Positions 56,262 to 64,000 of a DNA stretch of 64,000 nucleotides are shown one piece after another. Each line of letters starts with the position of its first letter. Position 1 is the stretch's first letter. The notes beneath the pieces were generated by a model. That model was not told the DNA's origin and searched no databases. It saw only the letters and a list, made by a program, of their open reading frames with translations. The position numbers were made by a program, and so were the translations under genes. Origin of the DNA: Dendrobates tinctorius (taxonomy: Eukaryota); NCBI RefSeq assembly GCF_039654945.1, contig NW_027361869.1, positions 2,480,001 to 2,544,000 of the forward strand, given 5' to 3'.

Positions 56262-59200
56262 CATCATACTGTGTGTGTGGGTGTGGGGGAATGTACTGTG
56301 GGGATGTGGGGGCATCATACTGTGTGTGGGGGAATGTACTGAGGGGTATCATACTGTGTGGGGAAATGTACTGTGGGGACATCATACTGTGTGTGGGGGG
56401 AATGTACTGTGGGGGCATCATACTGTGTGTGGGGGAATGTACTGTGGGGACATCATACTGTTTGGGGAAATGTACTGTGGGGACATCATACTGTGTGTGG
56501 GGGGAATGTACTGTGGGGGCATCATACTGTGTGGGGGAATGTACTGTGGGGGCATCATACTGTGTGTGGGGGAATGTACTGTGGGGACATCATACTGTGT
56601 GTGGGAATGTACTGTAGGGACATCATACTGTGTGTGGGAATGTACTGTGGGGGCATCATACTGTGTGTGGGGAATGTACTGTGGGGCATCATACTGTGTG
56701 TGGGGGAATGTACTGTGGGGACATCATACTGTGTGTGTGGGAATGTACTGTGGGGTATCATACTGTGTGGGGGAATGTATTGCGGGGTATCATACTGTGT
56801 GTGGGGGGAATGTACTGTGGGGTATCATACTGTGTGGGGGAATGTACTGTGGGGTATCATACTGTGTGGGGGAATGTATTTCGGGGTATCATACTGTGTG
56901 TGGGGGGAATGTACTGTGGGGACATCATACTGTGTGTGAGGGAATGTTCTGTGAGGTATCATACTGTGTGGGGGAATGAACTGCGGGGTATCATACTGTG
57001 TGTGGGGGGAATGTACTGTGGGGACATCATACTGTGTGTGGGGGGAATGTACTGTGGGGACATCATACTGTGTGTGGGGGAATGTACTGTGGGGGCATCA
57101 TACTGTGTGTGGGGGAATGTACTGTGGGGACATCATACTGTGTGTGGGGGAATGTACTGTGGGGTATCATACTGTGTGGGGGAATGTACTGTGGGGACAT
57201 CATACTGCGTGTGGGGGGAATGTACTGTGGGGACATCATATTGTGTGGGGGAATGTACTGTGGGAACATCATACTGTGTGTGGGGGAATGTACTGTGGGG
57301 TATCATACTGTGTGGGGGAATGTATTGCGGGGTATCATACTGTGTGTGGGGGGAATGTACTGTGGGGACATCATACTGTGTGGGGGAATGTACTGTGGGG
57401 AATCATACTGTGTGTGGGGGAATGTACTGTGGGGACATCATACTGTGTGTGAGGGAATGTACTGTGGGGTATCATACTGTGTGGGGAAATGTACTTTGGG
57501 GACATCATACTGTGTGTGGGGGAATGTACTGTGGGGACATCATACTGTGTGTGAGGGAATGTACTGTGGGGGCATCATACTGTGTGTGGGGGAATGTACT
57601 GTGGGGGCATCATACTGTGTGGGGGAATGTACTGTGGGGACATCATACTGTGTGTGGGGGAATGTACTGTGGGGTATCATACTGCGTGGGGGGAATGTAC
57701 TGTGGGGGCATCATACTGTGTGTGGGGGAATGTACTGTGAGGCATCATACTGTGTGTGGGGGAATGTACTGTGGGGGCATCATACTGTGTGTGGGGGAAT
57801 GTACTGTGGGGACTTCAAACTGTGTGTGGGGGAATGTACTGTGGGGCTTCATACTGTGTGTGGGGGAATGTACTGTGGGGGCATCATACTGTGTATGGGG
57901 GAATGTACTGTGGGGACATCATACTGTGTGTGGGGGAATGTACTGTGGGGTATCATACTGTGTGTAGGGGCATCATACTCTGTGTGGGGGAATGTACTGT
58001 GGGGGCATCATACTGTGTGTGGGGGAATGTACTATGGGGCATCATACTGTGTGTGGGGGAATGTACTGTGGGGTATCATACTGTGTGTGGGGGAATGTAC
58101 TGTGGGGACATCATACTGTGTGTGGGGAGAATGTACTGTGGGGACATCATACTGTGTGTGGGGGAATGTACTGTGGGGCATCATACTGTGTGTGGGGGAA
58201 TGTACTGTGGGGTATCATACTGTGTGTGGGGGAATGTACTGTGGGGACATCATACTGTGTGTGGGGGGAATGTACTGTGGGGACATCATACTGTGTGTGG
58301 GGGAATGTACTGTGGGGCATCATACTGTGTGTGAGGGAATGTACTGTGGGGTATCATACTGTGTGGGGAAATGTACTTTGGGGACATCATACTGTGTGTG
58401 GGGGAATGTACTGTGGGGACATCATACTGTGTGTGAGGGAATGTACTGTGGGGGCATCATACTGTGTGTGAGGGAATGTACTGTGGGGGCATCATACTGT
58501 GTGGGGGAATGTACTGTGGGGACATCATACTGTGTGTGGGGGAATGTACTGTGGGTTATCATACTGCTTGGGGGGAATGTACTGTGGGGGCATCATACTG
58601 TGTGGGGGAATGTACTGTGAGGCATCATACTGTGTGTGGCGGAATGTACTGTGGGGGCATCATACTGTGTGTGGGGAAATGTACTGTGGGGACTTCAAAC
58701 TGTGTGTGGGGGAATGTACTGTGGGGCTTCATACTGTGTGTGGGGGAATGTACTGTGGGGGCATCATACTGTGTATGGGGGAATGTACTGTGGGGACATC
58801 ATACTGTGTGTGGGGGAATGTACTGTGGGGTATCATACTGTGTGTGGTGGCATCATACTGTGTGTGGGGGAATGTACTGTGGGGGCATCATACTGTGTGT
58901 GGGGGAATGTACTGTGGGGTATCATACTGTGTGTGGGGGAATGTACTGTGGGGCATCATACTGTGTGTGGGGAATGTACTTATGGGGTATCATACTGTGT
59001 GGGGGAATGTACTGTGGGGACATCATACTGTGTGTGGGGGGAATGTACTGTGGGGACATCATACTGTGTGGGGGGGAATGTACTGTGGGGACATCATACT
59101 GTGTGGGGAAAATGTACTGTGGGGACATCATACTGTGTGTGGGGGGAATGTACTGTGGGGACATCATACTGTGTGTGGGGGGGAATGTACTGTGGGGACA

Positions 59201-60945
59201 TCATACTGTGTGGGAGGAATGTACTGTGGGGACATCATACTGTGTGTGGGGGGAATGTACTGTGGGGACATCATACTGTGTGTGGGGGAATGTACTGTGG
59301 GGCATCATACTGTGTGTGGGGGAATGTACTGTGGGGGCATCATACTGTGTGTGGGAGAATGTACTGTGGGGGCATCATACTGTGTGTGTGGGAATGTACT
59401 GTGGGACATCATAATGTGTGTGGGGGAATGTACTGTGGGGGCATCATACTGTGTATGGGGGAATGTACTGTGGGGGCATCATACTGTGTGTGGGGGAATG
59501 TACGGTGGGGCATCATACTGGGTGTGGGGAAAGTACTGTGGGGCCATCATACTGTTTGTGGGGGCATCATACTGTGTGTGTGGGAATGTACTGTGGGGAC
59601 ATCATACTGTGTGTGGGGGAATGTACTGTGTGGCTTCATACTGTGTGTGGGGGAATGTGCTGTGGGGGCATCATACTGTGTATGGGGGAATGTACTGTGG
59701 GGACATCATACTGTGTGTGGGGAAATGTACTGTGGGGCATCATACTGGGTGTGGGGGGAATGTACTGTGGGGCCATCATAATGTTTGTGGGGGTATCATA
59801 CTGTGTGTGTGGGAATGTACTGTGGGGACATCATACTGTGTGTGGGGGAATGTACTGTGTGGCATCATACTGTGTGTGGGGGAATGTGCTGTGGGGGCAT
59901 CATACTGTGTATGGGGGAATGTACTGTGTGGCATCATACTGTGTGTGGGGGAATCTACTGTGTGACATCATACTGTGTGCGGGGGAATCTACTGTGGGGC
60001 ATCATACTGTGTGTGGGGGAATGTACTGTGGGGCATCATACTGCGTGTGGGGGAATGTACTGTGGGGGCATCATACTGTGTGTGGGGGAATGTACTGTGT
60101 GTGGGGGCATCATACTGTGTGTGTGGGAATGTACTGGGGGGCATAATACTGTGTGTGTGAGAATGTACTGTGTGTGGGGGCATCATACTGTGTGTGGTGG
60201 AATGTACTGGGGGGCATAATACTGTGTGTGGGGGAATGTACTGTGTGTGGGGGCATCATACTGTGTGTGGTGGAATGTACTGGGGGGCATAATACTGTGT
60301 GTGTGGGAATGTACTGTGGGGCATCATACTGGGTGTGGGGGGGAATGTACTGTGGGGCCATCATACTGTGTGTGGGGGCATCATACTGTGTGTGTGGGAA
60401 TGTACTGTGGGGACATCATACTGTGTATGGGGGAATGTACTGTGGGGCATAATACTGTGTGTGTGGGAATGTACTGTGGGGCATCATACTGGGTGTGGGG
60501 GGGAATGTACTGTGGGGCCATCATACTGTGTGTGGGGGCATCATACTGTGTGTGTGGGAATGTACTGTGGGGACATCATACTGTGTGTGGGGGAATGTAC
60601 TGTGGGGCATCATACTGTGTGTGGGGGAATGTACTGTAGGGCATCATACTGTGTGTGGGGGAATGTACTGTGGGGCACCATACTGTGTGTGGGGGAATGT
60701 ACTGTGGGGCATCATACTGTGTGTGGGGGAATGTACTGTGGGGCATCATACTGTGTGTGGGGGAATGTACTGTGGGGCATCATACTGTGTGTGGGGGAAT
60801 GTACTGTGGGGCATCATACTGTGTGTGGGGGAATGTACTGTGGGGCATCATACTGTGTGTGGGGGAATGTACTGTGGGGCATCATACTGTGTGTGGGGGA
60901 ATGTACTGTGGGGCACCATGCTGTGTGTTGGGATCATACTGTGTG
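56262..60945. repeat. G-rich minisatellite of about 4.7 kb, 32-36-bp unit CATCATACTGTGTGTGGGGGAATGTACTGTGGGGG
   Basis: Direct reading; unit length varies with the TG and G run lengths. Confidence 0.97.
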
Positions 60946-62069
60946 CTGTCTATGTCTTATGGCATCAGCTGAAGCTGAGTTCTGATCACTGCGGTTAACC
61001 ATAAAGATTTCGGACTTTTCATTCCTCACAGCCAATAAACTTTTCTGATATTTTTCTACATCTTTACAAGTTGAAAATCATATTTTATTATTTGCTTTTA
61101 TCATAATGACACAACATTTTTTGTGCTATTTATGACTTTTCATTAGTTTTGGAATGTAAACTTTTTTTCCACTTCTTAACGATTACTAAATATCCTGTGC
61201 AGTCACTACTGAGTCATCAGAATATCGGCGACTTATAAAAAACACCCTTCATTTTACGCTCATTTGTCTTTGTGTCTAAAAGGAGAGAAAATGTGACCTA
61301 TGTTGTAACCACTTCCCCGAGATGTCTGAATCCAGGAGCATCTGCATTTGGTTAGTATCAAGATACAAATTTGTTAGTGCATATTTTGTGTATTTTGTCA
61401 CTTTTTGCTCTGTGTCACCAGCTTGGAACTTCCACACAAATCGTAAAGCGAGCCTGGCAGCTTGGAAATGATGTGCGATCTATGGGCAGCGGGATAGAGA
61501 GCGCAAAGAGCTGAGCAGATTCATATATAGGTTCCTGGGAAAAGATTTAGAACGAATGTTTTTTTTTTTTTCCTTGAAATGACAGCATTTACTATTCGTA
61601 GGAGTCCGATAGGCAGTTCTACTCTATTAGGACCGCCCACTGGACTCTTAAATACAGAAAGAGTCAAGAATTCAATGAATGAATTACAAGTTATACTAAA
61701 TTTTATTTCCACAAACCAAGATATAAATCCGCTCAGCTCCTTCTGCGCTATAATATTCTGCGGGAAGATCAGACATCATGTTCAATATGGCAGGTTTCCA
61801 TTAAAAAATATAGGGGACTGAAAGTTCATATGGACTGTAAGAAATATATGGGCAGAAATATGTATTTTTGTTTAAAGCAGGGTTTTTTGTTAAATGCATT
61901 TTTTTCATTTTTACAATGTGTTTTTCATATCACAATCTGCATTGAAAAAATAGAAATCTTGCAATTTTCACACTGGCGCTATTATAGACTTATATTTCCG
62001 TTGTTTAGAAGACATTATAGACTTTTAAAAGTCTCATTATTATCACAGACAGGATTACAATATCAGGGA

Positions 62070-62595
62070 ACACCTCTATATACAGTAGATAACACAGGAT
62101 CTATCATTCACAGTAGGTGATGTCACAGCTCACCTCCTCTTCCTGTATAATGACTGATATCACTTCTATATACAGTAGATAACAGAGGATTCACTATTCA
62201 CAATAGGTAATGTCACAGCTCACCTCCTCCCGCACAATGACTGATAACACCTCTATATACAGTAGATAACACAGGACCCACCAGTCACAATAGGTGATGT
62301 CACAGCTCACCTTCTCCTGTACAATGACTGATAACACCTCAATATACAGAAGATAACAGAGGATCCAGCATTCACAATAGGTGATGTCACAGCTCACCTC
62401 CTCCTCCTGTACAATGATGGATAACATCTCTATATACAGAAGATAACAGAGGATCCAGCATTCACAATAGGTGATGTCACAGCTCACCTCCTCCAGAATA
62501 ATGACTGTCAACACCTCTATATACAGTGGATAATGCAAGATCCACCATTCACAGTAGATGATGTCACAGCTCACCTTCTCATCCTGTATAATGAC
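62070..62595. repeat. Tandem repeat of about 87-90 bp, 6 copies
   Basis: GTCACAGCTCACC recurs at about 62122, 62212, 62298, 62385, 62476 and 62562. Confidence 0.9.
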
Positions 62596-63466
62596 CTTTA
62601 CACACGCTTATTAGATGCTGCAATACAAAAGATAGTGTCAGGCACAGTGTATTGCTGCTAATGTACATGTGCATTTCCTGAAAGAACAGTAAGTATGAAT
62701 CTAGAATACTCCAGGGGCCAGTATGAAAATTGCAAGAATTCTATATTTTTTTCCAATACAGATCATGATATGAGAAATAAAAATAAATACCACATTTAAA
62801 AAAGAATAAATTTTACATAAACTGTAATTACATTTCTGATGGCACATTTTCTTTACGCACCTTATTCAGGTTCTGTAAAGTGTCAAATAGTAGTGAACAA
62901 ATTATAAATGCCAGACCCCAATACGTCTTCAAAGCTGTTGCTTGAAGCTACGAGGTCCGAATGCAAAACTGGTACGAACGTATCATTTGCCATATATACC
63001 TCGATATGCATTAAGTGTCCCTTTAAAGGCAGATGTTTTGGATTTATGATGCTATGCACTATACTATATTGTAAGATTAGTTTTTACATTTTTTTTAAAT
63101 AAAACAACAACAAAAAACTTCTCAAAGGAGAAGCAGTAATAAAATACCGTAAGTTAAAAAATTCTTCACTTTTGACCTGGTGACAGGTTCTCTTTGAGAG
63201 TGGAATGGACTGCGATATCCACCACATGTGAACATGCCCTAAGTTTGGATTTAGTTGTATAATTTAGATTGATGGATCATTGACACTTTTTTTTTAGATC
63301 TTTGATATGTTGAATCATTATACCTCACGTTCAGAGAATAGATACCATTGCCTCCTCAAGATCCCCATCATCATATTCCCTTATTCTCCACTAGATTGAA
63401 TGAAACCCTTTCCTTCTACCCAAGATTATCAATATTTAAGGACTTTGTAGAGAGGTAAAGAGAGAT

Positions 63467-64000
63467 ATGGCTTCTTCAAAATCAGCAGTGGTTGTGTTGC
63501 TTGGAATTTTCTTGGTTGTCAAAAGTCAAAACCTTATTAAAAATCCCAAGGAGGTGAATTTGGAAGGACGTCTCTTCATCAGTGAAGTCAACCCAGATAA
63601 CCCCGGGCATGATACTGCTGAATTTATTGAACTCCGTCACACAAGCGAACAAAATGTCTCTCTCGATGGTTATACACTGGTTCTCTATAATGGAAAAACG
63701 GACACAGCCTATAAAGTCCTCGACTTAACTGGAAACTTTACTGATAAAAAAGGATTTTTCCTAATTGGATCTGCAAGTGTTAAACCAGTTCCCACCATTA
63801 TCCTGCCACCCAATACCATTCAGAACGGACCGGATGCCATAGCTCTTTATTTTGGAAAGGGACCTTACGTCAATGCGATGGGTGTAATCCGTGACGGGCT
63901 GGTGGATGCCCTGGTACACAAGACGAAGAGCACGGACCAAGCTGATGGGCTTCTCAATGTCCTCACACCAGGAATGGAGGCCTTCTTGGAGGATGTCAAT
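63467..64000 (+). CDS. Secreted or membrane protein with a lamin-tail-like (LTD) domain of bacterial type; runs off the window (first 178 aa)
   Basis: Stop-free from ATG 63467 (context GATATGG) to the window end: MASSKSAVVVLLGIFLVVKSQ (signal-peptide-like)...RLFISEVNPDNPGHDTAEFIELRHTSEQNVSLDGYTLVLYNGKTDTAYKVLDLTGNFTDKKGFFLIGS...NTIQNGPDAIALY...LVDALVH... Acceptor ccactag at about 63394. Confidence 0.85.
   Translation, partial: MASSKSAVVVLLGIFLVVKSQNLIKNPKEVNLEGRLFISEVNPDNPGHDTAEFIELRHTSEQNVSLDGYTLVLYNGKTDTAYKVLDLTGNFTDKKGFFLIGSASVKPVPTIILPPNTIQNGPDAIALYFGKGPYVNAMGVIRDGLVDALVHKTKSTDQADGLLNVLTPGMEAFLEDVN

Noticed and set aside
56218-60998. Many overlapping Cys/Gly-rich ORFs resembling keratin-associated or metallothionein-like proteins
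   Set aside because: All three frames are open because the unit lacks stops, and unit length varies by non-multiples of three, so no frame is conserved.

Overview
Vertebrate genomic DNA, most likely a frog (inferred from the repeat landscape: Tc1, L1, TTAA- and TWA-flanked MITEs, a Penelope-like insert and long minisatellites). No prokaryotic systems are present. Four spliced protein-coding loci lie on the + strand. (1) A complete 11-exon AMDHD2 (GlcNAc-6-phosphate deacetylase, 407 aa, 6825-13939). (2) A C8orf33/UPF0488 homolog (24486-30699, about 435 aa) that carries its core domain twice, with mirrored exon structure. (3) An unrecognised candidate gene (32229 to about 44618, 3' exon near 48.5 kb) encoding an N-terminally membrane-anchored protein of about 177 aa, with a CRE+TATA promoter and an AKAP-like amphipathic helix. 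(4) The first 178 codons (63467 to window end, absent from the ORF track) of a signal-peptide protein with a bacterial-type lamin-tail-like domain. The rest is transposons, including two three-level nests with readable target-site duplications, and two roughly 5-kb minisatellites that generate most of the long ORFs in the track. All identifications were made by eye from translation and motif recall; no database search was run.
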